Source of the DNA: Shewanellaceae bacterium UBA2521
Lineage (GTDB): Bacteria; Pseudomonadota; Gammaproteobacteria; Enterobacterales; Shewanellaceae
Direction of reading: 5' to 3'
Length of the DNA: 14,799 nucleotides
NCBI GenBank assembly: GCA_002341165.1
Contig: DDNL01000009.1
Span: forward strand, 4,370-19,168
Shown piece after piece: positions 1 through 6,587 of this stretch. Numbering within the stretch: the first letter of the stretch is position 1; each line of letters begins with the position of its first letter. Below the pieces are notes generated by a model that made no database searches, was not told the origin of the DNA, and saw only the letters and a program-made list of their open reading frames with translations. The position numbers were made by a program, and so were the translations under genes.

Positions 1-485
1 ATACCAGCCAGTAGCATCATACTCACAGACACCTGACCATCCACTTTACCCATGTTGTAAATAAGAAGTGTAATAAGCCAGCTCCCCATGAATGCTGAAA
101 TGGGTATAAGCAGTGTACGGACTTCAATAGGCAAACTAGACAAAAAAGTGCTAAAGAACATAATAGCTAGTGCTGCACCTAAACTTGCACCAGCAGAAAC
201 ACCCATAAGACCAGGATCTGCAAGTGGGTTTTTGAACAAGCATTGCATAATAGCACCGCATAAGGCGAGAAGGGCGCCCATACATAAGCATAAAAGTGTT
301 CTTGGCAAACGAATTTCATGTATGATCAAAGCTGTTGTAGACTGTGAATCAGGCTGAATTATGGATTGGAAAAAATCTTGCCAGTCAATTGCAAATGCAC
401 CTGTCCTGATGGATAGACAAGAACATATCAAGATACTCACACACAAACACAACTGTAATAATTTTTGATGAGCTGAACTAAGCAT
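1..485 (-). CDS. hmuU: Heme ABC transporter permease, FecCD family (HmuU-like); N-terminal 161 codons, continues beyond window start
   Basis: Absent from the ORF track because it runs off the edge. The reverse-strand ATG at 485-483 directly abuts the hmuT stop (486-488). Own translation: MLSSAHQKLLQLCLCVSILICSCLSIRTGAFAIDWQDFF...IIHEIRLPRTLLCLCMGALLALCGAIMQCLFKNPLADPGLMGVSAGASLGAALAIMFF... This carries the FecCD signature (RLPR ... MQ.LF.NPLADPGL.GVS.GA). Confidence 0.85.
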   Translation of the reverse strand, partial: MLSSAHQKLLQLCLCVSILICSCLSIRTGAFAIDWQDFFQSIIQPDSQSTTALIIHEIRLPRTLLCLCMGALLALCGAIMQCLFKNPLADPGLMGVSAGASLGAALAIMFFSTFLSSLPIEVRTLLIPISAFMGSWLITLLIYNMGKVDGQVSVSMMLLAG

Positions 486-1343
486 TTAACCCTCTTTTTT
501 GGTCAATAAAAATGTATAAAAGCGTTGTGCTTCATTTAAACTCGCGATGCCAAAACCACCGAGGAGTGCATGCGAATCGATCACAAAAATCTTTTTCTGC
601 TTGCCTGCAGGCGTTGCTTTAAGTGTTGGAATTTTATGAAAAATAGATTGAGCTTCTTGTTTGGTTTTATAAGATCTATTCGTCACAACGATCACATTGG
701 GTTGCATATTCAAGATCGCTTCATGCGATATCGGCTTATATTCGTTTAAGTGTGCAGCTACATTTATGCCACCAGCCAGCTCTATGATGCGATGCATGGA
801 CGTGTTCTTACCTGCAGCTCTCAGTTTTCCTTGACTATGTTTGAGTAAAAATAACACCTTTAATTTTTTATTTTGGTGCATCTGCTGTTGCAAAAGTCGG
901 TGTTCTTGTGCTCTGACTTTCTGAATTAAAATCCCTGCTTCTTTTGGCTTGCGAGCAATTTTTGCAATAGCTTCAATGCGGTGAATCAGCTGATCGATTG
1001 AATTCCCCGAAGGATACTGCACAACATGAACTCCTACTTTTTTTAATTGTCGTAGTGTATCTTCATTACCCATAGCGCTAGAGCCTAGAAGGTGGGTTGG
1101 TCTAAGTGACAATACACCTTCAGTGGATAACATCCTATGGTATCCAACATCAGGTAGCGGATTTTTTGGCTGCTGACTTGTCGTATCTACACCTACAAGA
1201 GTACTTTTGGCATCTAATGCATAAAGAATGTCTGTGATTGCAGATCCTGCACTCACTATCCGTACATTAGCGTTCGTTTGTGTAGCTCCATCATGACTAT
1301 ATGCAATCATGAGTCCCCAGAATAAAAAAATAAAATGTTTCAT
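486..1343 (-). CDS. hmuT: Periplasmic hemin-binding protein of a heme ABC transporter (HmuT/ChuT/PhuT-like)
   Basis: 285-aa ORF with an N-terminal signal peptide. RIVSAGSAITDILYALDAKSTLVGVDTTSQQP...LPDVGYHRMLSTEGVLSLRPTHLL matches the conserved HmuT/ShuT N-lobe pattern (R.V..GGS.TE..YALG....LVGVDTTS.YP......VGY.R.LSAEG.LSL.P.L.). It is coupled stop-to-start to the permease gene. Confidence 0.85.
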   Translation of the reverse strand: MKHFIFLFWGLMIAYSHDGATQTNANVRIVSAGSAITDILYALDAKSTLVGVDTTSQQPKNPLPDVGYHRMLSTEGVLSLRPTHLLGSSAMGNEDTLRQLKKVGVHVVQYPSGNSIDQLIHRIEAIAKIARKPKEAGILIQKVRAQEHRLLQQQMHQNKKLKVLFLLKHSQGKLRAAGKNTSMHRIIELAGGINVAAHLNEYKPISHEAILNMQPNVIVVTNRSYKTKQEAQSIFHKIPTLKATPAGKQKKIFVIDSHALLGGFGIASLNEAQRFYTFLLTKKEG

Positions 1344-1472
1344 AATGCTCTCGAATCCTCCAAAAAAAGTTAATTTTGTGTTTTTTTCTTTGATTATGCT
1401 TTCAGTTTTTTTTAATTAGGTTTAATTTTTTTTAATAAAAAGTTTCAATAAAATAAATATTGAGCTTTAAAT

Positions 1473-1491
1473 GGAAATGATAACAATTATC
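1473..1491. promoter_or_regulatory. Putative Fur box in the divergent hmuT / hutZ intergenic region
   Basis: GGAAATGATAACAATTATC matches the 19-bp Fur consensus GATAATGATAATCATTATC at 15/19 positions, and 14/16 over the core AATGATAAYMATTATC. It lies between divergently transcribed heme genes. Confidence 0.55.
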
Positions 1492-1574
1492 ACTTGTGTC
1501 ATCAAATTTATTTCTCTAGTATAAAAATAGTATTAGTTGGTCACTATTTTTTTCAAAAAGAGTTTATATTTATT

Positions 1575-2087
1575 ATGAATATTCATGTAAGAAAAAAGTT
1601 AATGGATGAAATACATGACTTTAGCCAAGAACAGCAAACTTTAATGCTATCTACGGTTGATAAATTAAAGCATCCTCACATGAGTTATGCGTCTTTTGTT
1701 TCTCACAAAGATTGCTTTTATGTGCTTATTTCTACTCAAGCAAAACATACTATTAATTTATTAGATAACCCAAAAGCTGCCGTCATGTTAATTCAAGACG
1801 AAGTCTTTTCTAAACAAATATTTGCGCGTAAAAGAGTCACTTTCAATATCGATTCAAGAGTTATTCAGAGAGATACAAAGGAGTGGCATAAATATCTATA
1901 TCTCATGGAAAATAAGTTTGGAAATATAATTCGGCAACTTTCTAATTTAGCGGATTTTCTACTTTTTGAATTAAAAACTGATCAAGGAAGATATGTAAAA
2001 GGTTTTGGTAAAGCTTATAACATAAGTCATGACCCAAATGCTCAGTTTGAGCATGTAAATCGTGGTCACCAACCCATAAATAAATAA
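1575..2087 (+). CDS. hutZ: Heme-degrading/heme-utilisation protein, HutZ/HugZ family (PNPOx-like split barrel)
   Basis: Start moved to ATG 1575, with AAAAAGAG 13-20 nt upstream. The 170-aa product matches remembered V. cholerae HutZ blocks: SYA.FV, FYVLIS, A(R/K)H..NL..NP, I(E/Q)DE...KQ(L/I)FARKR(L/V)TF, FG.II..LS.L.DF.LF.L....G..VKGFG.AY, and a C-terminal H...GH. Confidence 0.85.
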   Translation: MNIHVRKKLMDEIHDFSQEQQTLMLSTVDKLKHPHMSYASFVSHKDCFYVLISTQAKHTINLLDNPKAAVMLIQDEVFSKQIFARKRVTFNIDSRVIQRDTKEWHKYLYLMENKFGNIIRQLSNLADFLLFELKTDQGRYVKGFGKAYNISHDPNAQFEHVNRGHQPINK

Positions 2088-2148
2088 AGGATTCTTTTTA
2101 ATATAAATAGTCTTTGTTACTTATACTCCATTTTTGAGATTAATTTTT

Positions 2149-4440
2149 ATGATGTTTAAAAAAAATAACCTTGCAATCCTAGTAGGATTTACTTTTTGTA
2201 CACCAAAGCTCTTTGCTCAGGAAGTTCAGCAGTTAGATACTGCCCATATTCAAGCTGAACATGTTGAAGAAGAGGATGTTATTGCGCCTCAAAGCCTTGT
2301 GACATCGGACGCTATTGATCGTGATTTGATACAAGATAGTGTAGATCTCTTTAAACATGATTCTGGTGTTATCATTACAGAAGGATCACGAGGTGGTATT
2401 GCCTCTATTCAAGTTCGTGGTCTTGGTCAGGATCGAGTGAAGGTCATTATGGATGGACAGTCACAATCAACTTTTACTGTGAAGGGTGGTTCTGTCCCTT
2501 ATATTGATTCAAGTATGCAGCTTTCTGATCCTGAATTTATTAAACAAGCTAAAGCCATCAAGGGTGCGCAGTCGAGTCGTTATGGTTCTGGAGCTATGGC
2601 CGGTGTTGTTAAAATTGATACCAAAGATCCCGAAGACTTAACGAAAGGTAAACCTTTCGGTGGATACCTTAAATCTGGCTATCGATCCAAAGATGCATCC
2701 TTTAAGCAAACACTAGGGTTGGCGACAGAACATGAATCTTTTAGAAGTTTATTGATGCTATCTTATTTACAAGGTGAAGAATTACAGCGTTCAAGTGATT
2801 TCATCTATCAATCAAATGATACAAAGTATTTAGAAAAAAAGAACCTAAATATCCTAGCTAAAATGGCTTACCGTCTAAATGATAGCCATGATCTTAAAAC
2901 CTATTATCTTTCATCACATGGTGATAATGAATCTGACTTAATCCACACAACGAAAAAAGACTACCATTCTGACGACCAAAACAGAAGATACCAGATAGGT
3001 TTAAGTCACGATTGGAATCAAGACTTAACGGTGGCAGACCATATCAAAACACAAGTGACATGGTCAGAGAAAAAGAATCAACAAAAGACAAGCTGGCTTG
3101 AACTTGGATCTCAAGCTCAAGCTCAATCTCCACATGGGCATGTTCATGGGCATGGTGCAGGTGATCATGCACATGGTACAGCCGGTCATGCACATGGGCA
3201 TGTTCATGCACATGGTACAGGCGATCATGCACATGGTACAGCCGGTCATGCACATGGTGCAGGTGGTCATGCACATGGTGCGAATCAAGCAAAAACAGAT
3301 GTAAAAGATAAGTCTAAGCTTAAGGATTATCGCTATAAATCAACCCACCTTTCTATAAAAATCGATGCGGACAAGAAGAACGACGTTTTTGATACGCATT
3401 ATGGTGTAAGTTTTGATACCATCAAGAATGCGAATGATAATACCGAGTATACGACTGTTGACGGCAAAAGGTCTCAAAGGAATATTTTTTATACACCAGA
3501 AGTTAGCACAAACCTTTATGCGGGATACGTTTCAACGGATATTAAATTGTTCGAAGAACAGCTTATCGTGAAGCCATCGATAAGGTATGACTATGTTGGT
3601 ATCAAGCCCCAGAGAGCATCTTTATCAGCAGCAATCAACAAGAAAACGCCTGATTATACATTTTCGCATGTGAGTAAAGGGCTGGCTTTAGAGTGGTTGC
3701 CGACACAACAACACAAGCTTGTTTTATCTGTCAAGGAAGGTTTTAGAACTCCATCTTATCACGATTTATTTTTCCAATGGGAAAACCCGGCATATCAATA
3801 TGCAGTGGTACCTAGTGCTGATTTAAAAGAAGAGACCGCGATCAATTACGGTATAGATTATACCTATAACTCTTTGCAGTCTCGCACGTCGTTAAGGTTA
3901 TTCTACAGTGATTACGATGATTTTATTGATACAAATTCAACAAAAGAAGATGGTATATCTATACAACGTAATACCAATATTGCTAAAGCAACCATTAAAG
4001 GTATTGAGTTTTCTCATGTTGTTTATTGGCAAAGTGACTTAGCTACAGCAGAAGGATTTTCAACAGGTTTCTCTGCTCAATACTACAAAGGTAAAGATCA
4101 GCACGGAAATCGTCTCAGCAGCGTTTCGCCTTGGTCAATGAATTTAAATCTGAGCTATGATGGCGTAGGCAAGATGTGGGGTACAGGCCTTAAAACAACT
4201 TATACAGCGAAGTCAAGCAGTGTTAGTAAGAATAGCATTGAGATTCCAAGCGTAAAGATGATGGACTTTACCCTTTATTATAAGCCTATCGAGCGCATAA
4301 AATTGACGGCTGGAGTCTTCAATATTTTAGATCAAGAGGTTTACAAATGGACAGAAGTCAAAGATGCAAGTAAGCCTTTGACAGATAGAATGAAGCAAGC
4401 AGGGCGTAACTACGGTCTTTCTATTGCTTACCAATTTTAA
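2149..4440 (+). CDS. TonB-dependent outer-membrane receptor, heme/hemoglobin-receptor-like, with a His-rich insertion
   Basis: Start taken as ATG 2149, giving signal peptide MMFKKNNLAILVGFTFCTPKLFA/QEV. The plug motif is IQVRGLGQDRVKVIMDGQ. FRTPSYHDLFFQWENP resembles the FRAP...H...NPNL heme-receptor signature. The C-terminal barrel strand ends ...GLSIAYQF. Heme-gene context supports the call. Confidence 0.88.
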   Translation: MMFKKNNLAILVGFTFCTPKLFAQEVQQLDTAHIQAEHVEEEDVIAPQSLVTSDAIDRDLIQDSVDLFKHDSGVIITEGSRGGIASIQVRGLGQDRVKVIMDGQSQSTFTVKGGSVPYIDSSMQLSDPEFIKQAKAIKGAQSSRYGSGAMAGVVKIDTKDPEDLTKGKPFGGYLKSGYRSKDASFKQTLGLATEHESFRSLLMLSYLQGEELQRSSDFIYQSNDTKYLEKKNLNILAKMAYRLNDSHDLKTYYLSSHGDNESDLIHTTKKDYHSDDQNRRYQIGLSHDWNQDLTVADHIKTQVTWSEKKNQQKTSWLELGSQAQAQSPHGHVHGHGAGDHAHGTAGHAHGHVHAHGTGDHAHGTAGHAHGAGGHAHGANQAKTDVKDKSKLKDYRYKSTHLSIKIDADKKNDVFDTHYGVSFDTIKNANDNTEYTTVDGKRSQRNIFYTPEVSTNLYAGYVSTDIKLFEEQLIVKPSIRYDYVGIKPQRASLSAAINKKTPDYTFSHVSKGLALEWLPTQQHKLVLSVKEGFRTPSYHDLFFQWENPAYQYAVVPSADLKEETAINYGIDYTYNSLQSRTSLRLFYSDYDDFIDTNSTKEDGISIQRNTNIAKATIKGIEFSHVVYWQSDLATAEGFSTGFSAQYYKGKDQHGNRLSSVSPWSMNLNLSYDGVGKMWGTGLKTTYTAKSSSVSKNSIEIPSVKMMDFTLYYKPIERIKLTAGVFNILDQEVYKWTEVKDASKPLTDRMKQAGRNYGLSIAYQF
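3133..3279 (+). repeat. Coding His-rich low-complexity tract (17 His in 49 aa) with an internal ~60-nt duplication
   Basis: HGHVHGHGAGDHAHGTAGHAHGHVHAHGTGDHAHGTAGHAHGAGGHAHG. The string GATCATGCACATGGTACAGCCGGTCATGCACATGG occurs twice, about 60 nt apart (near 3162 and 3222). This tract generates three overlapping shadow ORFs in the track. Confidence 0.9.
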
Positions 4441-4517
4441 ATCAAATTGTTTTGTAAATTGATACCTGATTTTTGTGATATAAATCTTAAACATCATTTA
4501 CGAGCAAGACGCTAAAA

Positions 4518-4553
4518 AATAGCGAAGGTCAGGTTACCTTCGCTATTTTTTTT
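4518..4553 (+). terminator. Rho-independent terminator downstream of the TonB-dependent receptor gene
   Basis: Perfect 12-bp stem AATAGCGAAGGT (4518-4529) / ACCTTCGCTATT (4536-4547), 6-nt loop, then a T-run to 4553. An A-run precedes the stem, so it could act bidirectionally. Confidence 0.8.
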
Positions 4554-4781
4554 GTGCTACACCTATGATGATAGGTGCTGCTTTATTGACTTAATCGTTG
4601 CATATCTAAAAAATGTTGTACGATAATGCACTAAAATTTATATGATAAAAGTAAGCGGTATGCATAATATTTCTTCAACCAATTTATTTCGTATTATTAA
4701 TAAAGCACCTAATAAAGAGATACCCAACTAACATCACTCTATTTAAGTTCATTCAACGAAACCTTTTGACTAAATCATTAA

Positions 4782-4815
4782 ATGGATATCTTTGGAGAAA
4801 ATACAAGACATCCAT
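4782..4815. repeat. Dispersed hairpin-repeat family, site a: right-arm motif followed 8 nt later by left-arm motif
   Basis: AATCATTAAATGGATATCTTTGG (arm at 4782-4795), then CAAGACATCCAT (4804-4815). The same two motifs occur at 5157-5244 in the opposite order. The arms here pair with 11 Watson-Crick pairs, 1 mismatch and 1 bulge. Confidence 0.6.
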
Positions 4816-4844
4816 AGAGTTTAGTTACACCCCAAAAATATATA

Positions 4845-4897
4845 TTTTTTGTTTTTTTTGTTTTTATTTTGTTTTGTTTTTGTTTTTTTATTTTTTT
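4845..4897 (+). repeat. 53-nt T-rich tract (T4-T8 runs interrupted only by single G or A)
   Basis: TTTTTTGTTTTTTTTGTTTTTATTTTGTTTTGTTTTTGTTTTTTTATTTTTTT. It lies between the repeat element and the small GG-leader ORF. Confidence 0.85.
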
Positions 4898-4965
4898 ATG
4901 TTAAGTTAAATGCGCCATCAAAATATGGTTAAAAATAAATTTAAAAAAATAAAGAGGATGTTAAA

Positions 4966-5133
4966 ATGAAAGTCATTCAAAAAGAAAATTTATCTCAAGT
5001 TTCCGGTGGTTTTTTAGAGACTCTATTTGTCTCAACTTTTATTGCTACTGTCGTCAATATGATTACAGAAGATGAACCATCTGTAATTGTCGCTTATGAT
5101 AGCAGCAAAGAAGGTTGGATTAATAATAGATAG
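4966..5133 (+). CDS. Small secreted-peptide precursor with a double-glycine leader (class II bacteriocin/microcin-like), 55 aa
   Basis: Below the ORF-track size cutoff. AAGAGGA (4952-4958) lies 7 nt upstream of the ATG. Translation: MKVIQKENLSQVSGG/FLETLFVSTFIATVVNMITEDEPSVIVAYDSSKEGWINNR. The 15-aa leader aligns position-for-position with the colicin V leader MRTLTLNELDSVSGG, with hydrophobic residues at -12, -7 and -4 and VSGG at -4 to -1. Confidence 0.55.
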   Translation: MKVIQKENLSQVSGGFLETLFVSTFIATVVNMITEDEPSVIVAYDSSKEGWINNR

Positions 5134-5156
5134 TAAATCATTTACATACAATAAAA

Positions 5157-5244
5157 CCAAGACATCCATCTAAAAAAATCGATCTAAGTTTGACGTATTT
5201 TATGTAAAAACTTATTGAATTAATCATTTAATGGGTGTCTTTGG
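5157..5244. repeat. Dispersed hairpin-repeat family, site b: complete ~88-nt unit with terminal inverted arms
   Basis: CCAAGACATCCAT (5157-5169) pairs with ATGGGTGTCTTTGG (5231-5244): 12 Watson-Crick pairs, 1 T-G wobble and 1 bulge. The first ~40 nt align with site c (CAAGACATCCAYCT.....AAATYGATYTARGTTTGA). Confidence 0.6.
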
Positions 5245-5303
5245 TTTATTACTTTGATGATAATGATTACATTATTTTATGACCTGTGCATGCTATATAA
5301 AAA

Positions 5304-5328
5304 CTGAAGCTTGTTAAACAAGCTTCAG
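5304..5328. terminator. Terminator-like perfect palindrome at the truncated end of the IS3 remnant
   Basis: CTGAAGCTTGTT-A-AACAAGCTTCAG, a 12-bp perfect inverted repeat. On the minus strand it is followed by TTTTT. On the plus strand the tail is only TTATAT, so it is more convincing for minus-strand transcripts. Confidence 0.5.
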
Positions 5329-5362
5329 TTATATCGACGTATCAATAAAAATCATAAAAAAG

Positions 5363-6031
5363 GTGTTATGCTCTGTTCAGCCAGATAGTTTTGAAACGCT
5401 TTTGCTAAATATTGAGCACCTTGGTCGCTATGAAACAGCAAAGGCTCCGTCGGCTTACGCAGGTTGATGGCCATTCTTAAAGCTTCGAGCACCAAGTTGG
5501 TGTTTTGGGTAGATTAAATACGCCAGCCAATGACTCGGCGAGAATGCAAATCCGTCACCACCGCCAAATAGCACCAACCTTCTGCGGTTCGCAAGTAAGT
5601 GACATCGCCAGCCCAAGCTTGATTGACAGACTCAGGGTTAAAGCGTTGATTCAACTCTTTTTGAGCTTCTGTTTTGGGTTTAATGAGCGATAAGGGCTTT
5701 TTCGGCGCTGTTTGACCACCAAACCCAGCTTGTTCATGAGACTTCTGGTCTTATAACGGCCAATTTTAAAGCCCTCACGGCGCAAATGCTGCATCATTTG
5801 CCTTGAGCCTAAGCTTTGACGGCTGGCTTTAAAAAGCGCCTTACAACGCGATTCCAGTACTTTTTGGGCAACATAAGGCTGCGATTCTGGCTTCTTGAAC
5901 CAATCGTAAAAGGCGCTGCGACTTACTTTCAAGACCTGACACATCAGCAAAACCGGGTAAACCGCCTGATAAGTCTCAATGAAGCGGTACTTTACTTCAT
6001 TTCTTTGGCAAAAAATGCGCTGGCTTTTTTT
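5363..6031 (-). pseudogene. IS3-family transposase OrfB (rve/DDE integrase), pseudogene
   Basis: Own translation from the A7 site in the -1 frame gives ...KYRFIETYQAVYPVLLMCQVLKVSRSAFYDWFKKP...[10 protein letters not shown]. The frame then breaks at a T5 run (5698-5702; 6 would restore it). Reading resumes as [60 protein letters not shown], followed by an in-frame TAA at 5514-5516. It continues STQNTNLVLEALRMAINLRKPTEPLLFHSDQGAQYLAKAFQNYLAEQSIT and then homology ends. Confidence 0.8.
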
Positions 6032-6282
6032 AAGATTTCATGCTCTTGCTGCAAACGCTTATTTTCACGGCGTAAGCGCATTAATTCAGCGCGTTCTTCG
6101 GGTCTTAAAGCTCCTTCAGCCTGGTTTTTCTCGTACTTGACCTTCCAATTAGAAAGGATTTTTGCGGTCACGCCCACAGTTTCAGAAGCCTCTTTTAGGC
6201 TATAATTATGCTCTAAAACCAGTCTGACTGCTTTGTCTTTAAATTCCTGAGTATAGGTCCTATATTTGCGTTTTTCTGTCAT
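5992..6282 (-). CDS. IS3-family transposase OrfA (HTH)
   Basis: Start taken at ATG 6282-6280, with GAGGTG 4 nt upstream. MTEKRKYRTYTQEFKDKAVRLVLEHNYSLKEASETVGVTAKILSNWKVKYEK...LRRENKRLQQEHEILKKASAFFAKEMK is the canonical IS3/IS911 OrfA pattern, including the leucine-zipper end and the A7 frameshift window. Confidence 0.8.
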   Translation of the reverse strand: MTEKRKYRTYTQEFKDKAVRLVLEHNYSLKEASETVGVTAKILSNWKVKYEKNQAEGALRPEERAELMRLRRENKRLQQEHEILKKASAFFAKEMK

Positions 6283-6341
6283 GATCACCTCGGATTGAGT
6301 GTTTATTGTCCACCATTTAAATGTCCGGTTCAATTAGACCA

Positions 6342-6431
6342 TAATAGTCTTATATTTGCGTTTTTCTGTCATGATTACCTCGGGTTGAGTTTTTATTATC
6401 CACTATTTAAATGTCCGGTTCAATTAGACCA
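6342..6431 (-). mobile_element. Solo left end of a second, related IS3-family copy (IR, 5'UTR and about the first 9 orfA codons)
   Basis: 6351-6431 repeats 6261-6341 with 5 mismatches in 81 nt, at a 90-bp period. It includes the same TGGTCTAATTGAACCGG terminus (ending 6431) and ATGACAGAAAAACGCAAATAT. It stops where the full copy's terminus begins. Confidence 0.75.
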
Positions 6432-6444
6432 TAATATAGCCCAA

Positions 6445-6474
6445 AAACCTGTAAATACCCTTATTTACAGGTTT
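6445..6474. terminator. Terminator-like hairpin between the IS ends and the five-gene operon
   Basis: Perfect 12-bp stem AAACCTGTAAAT / ATTTACAGGTTT with 6-nt loop ACCCTT. The T-run is longer on the minus strand (AGGTTTTTGG) than on the plus strand (GGTTTAG). Confidence 0.45.
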
Positions 6475-6518
6475 AGTAAGATATTGTGTGATGTAAATCG
6501 AGGATTAGTTATTATTAT

Positions 6519-6547
6519 ATGACTTATAGATACACTTAACATAAAAT
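6519..6547 (+). promoter_or_regulatory. Candidate sigma70-type promoter for the five-gene operon
   Basis: ATGACT (6519-6524), a 17-nt spacer, then TAAAAT (6542-6547), about 40 nt upstream of ATG 6588. Hexamer matching in AT-rich DNA is weak evidence. Confidence 0.25.
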
Positions 6548-6587
6548 ACCGCTTAAGTTGTTGTTTTTAAACGAAAAAGAGGTCGTT

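Larger units (their letters stand above)
5363..6341 (-). mobile_element. IS3-family insertion sequence, decayed (intact orfA, disrupted and 3'-truncated orfB)
   Basis: The terminus reads TGGTCTAATTGAACCGGACATTTAAATGG in IS orientation, with the 5'-TG typical of IS3 inverted repeats, ending at 6341. orfA and orfB overlap at an A7 slippery run (6025-6031). Transposase homology stops near 5363, before the DDE glutamate region. Confidence 0.8.

Noticed and set aside
88-357. 89-aa plus-strand ORF in the track
   Set aside because: It lies antisense to a much better supported FecCD-family permease reading frame (1-485, minus). Its product has no recognisable motifs, so it is a shadow ORF.
1494-1574. 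Upstream extension of the hutZ ORF (non-ATG start at 1494)
   Set aside because: The extension begins right after the Fur-box region, has no Shine-Dalgarno, and adds a non-homologous hydrophobic peptide. ATG 1575 has a purine-rich RBS and aligns with the HutZ N-terminus.
2134-2148. TTG start for the TonB-dependent receptor
   Set aside because: ATG 2149 gives a standard signal peptide (MMFKKNN...LFA/QE). The five extra codons are not needed.
3044-3304. Three overlapping ORFs (82, 74 and 68 aa) on both strands
   Set aside because: All are alternative-frame or antisense readings of the CAT/GGT-rich His-tract repeat inside the receptor gene. The lack of stop codons is a low-complexity artefact.
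4560-4577. Small hairpin CACCTAT-GATG-ATAGGTG
   Set aside because: It has a 7-bp stem, no flanking T-run and no second copy. This is too little to assign a function.
5134-5340. Possible immunity gene downstream of the GG-leader peptide (e.g. 16-codon MIMITLFYDLCMLYKN)
   Set aside because: Only 8-16-codon ORFs without an RBS are present, which is not supportable.
5505-6205. Plus-strand ORFs 5505-5693 and 5816-6205
   Set aside because: They are antisense to clearly recognisable IS3 OrfA/OrfB coding sequence.
4845-6431. CRISPR array, considered for the T/G tract, the 90-bp duplication, and the 18-bp repeat at 12092-12331
   Set aside because: None has the repeat-spacer-repeat organisation. They are, respectively, a homopolymer-rich tract, duplicated IS ends, and an in-frame coding tandem repeat.
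6295-6522. 75-aa plus-strand ORF with an internal repeated peptide (FKCPVQLDHN twice)
   Set aside because: The repeat is simply the duplicated IS3 terminus read in an arbitrary frame. There is no RBS and it lies across IS ends.
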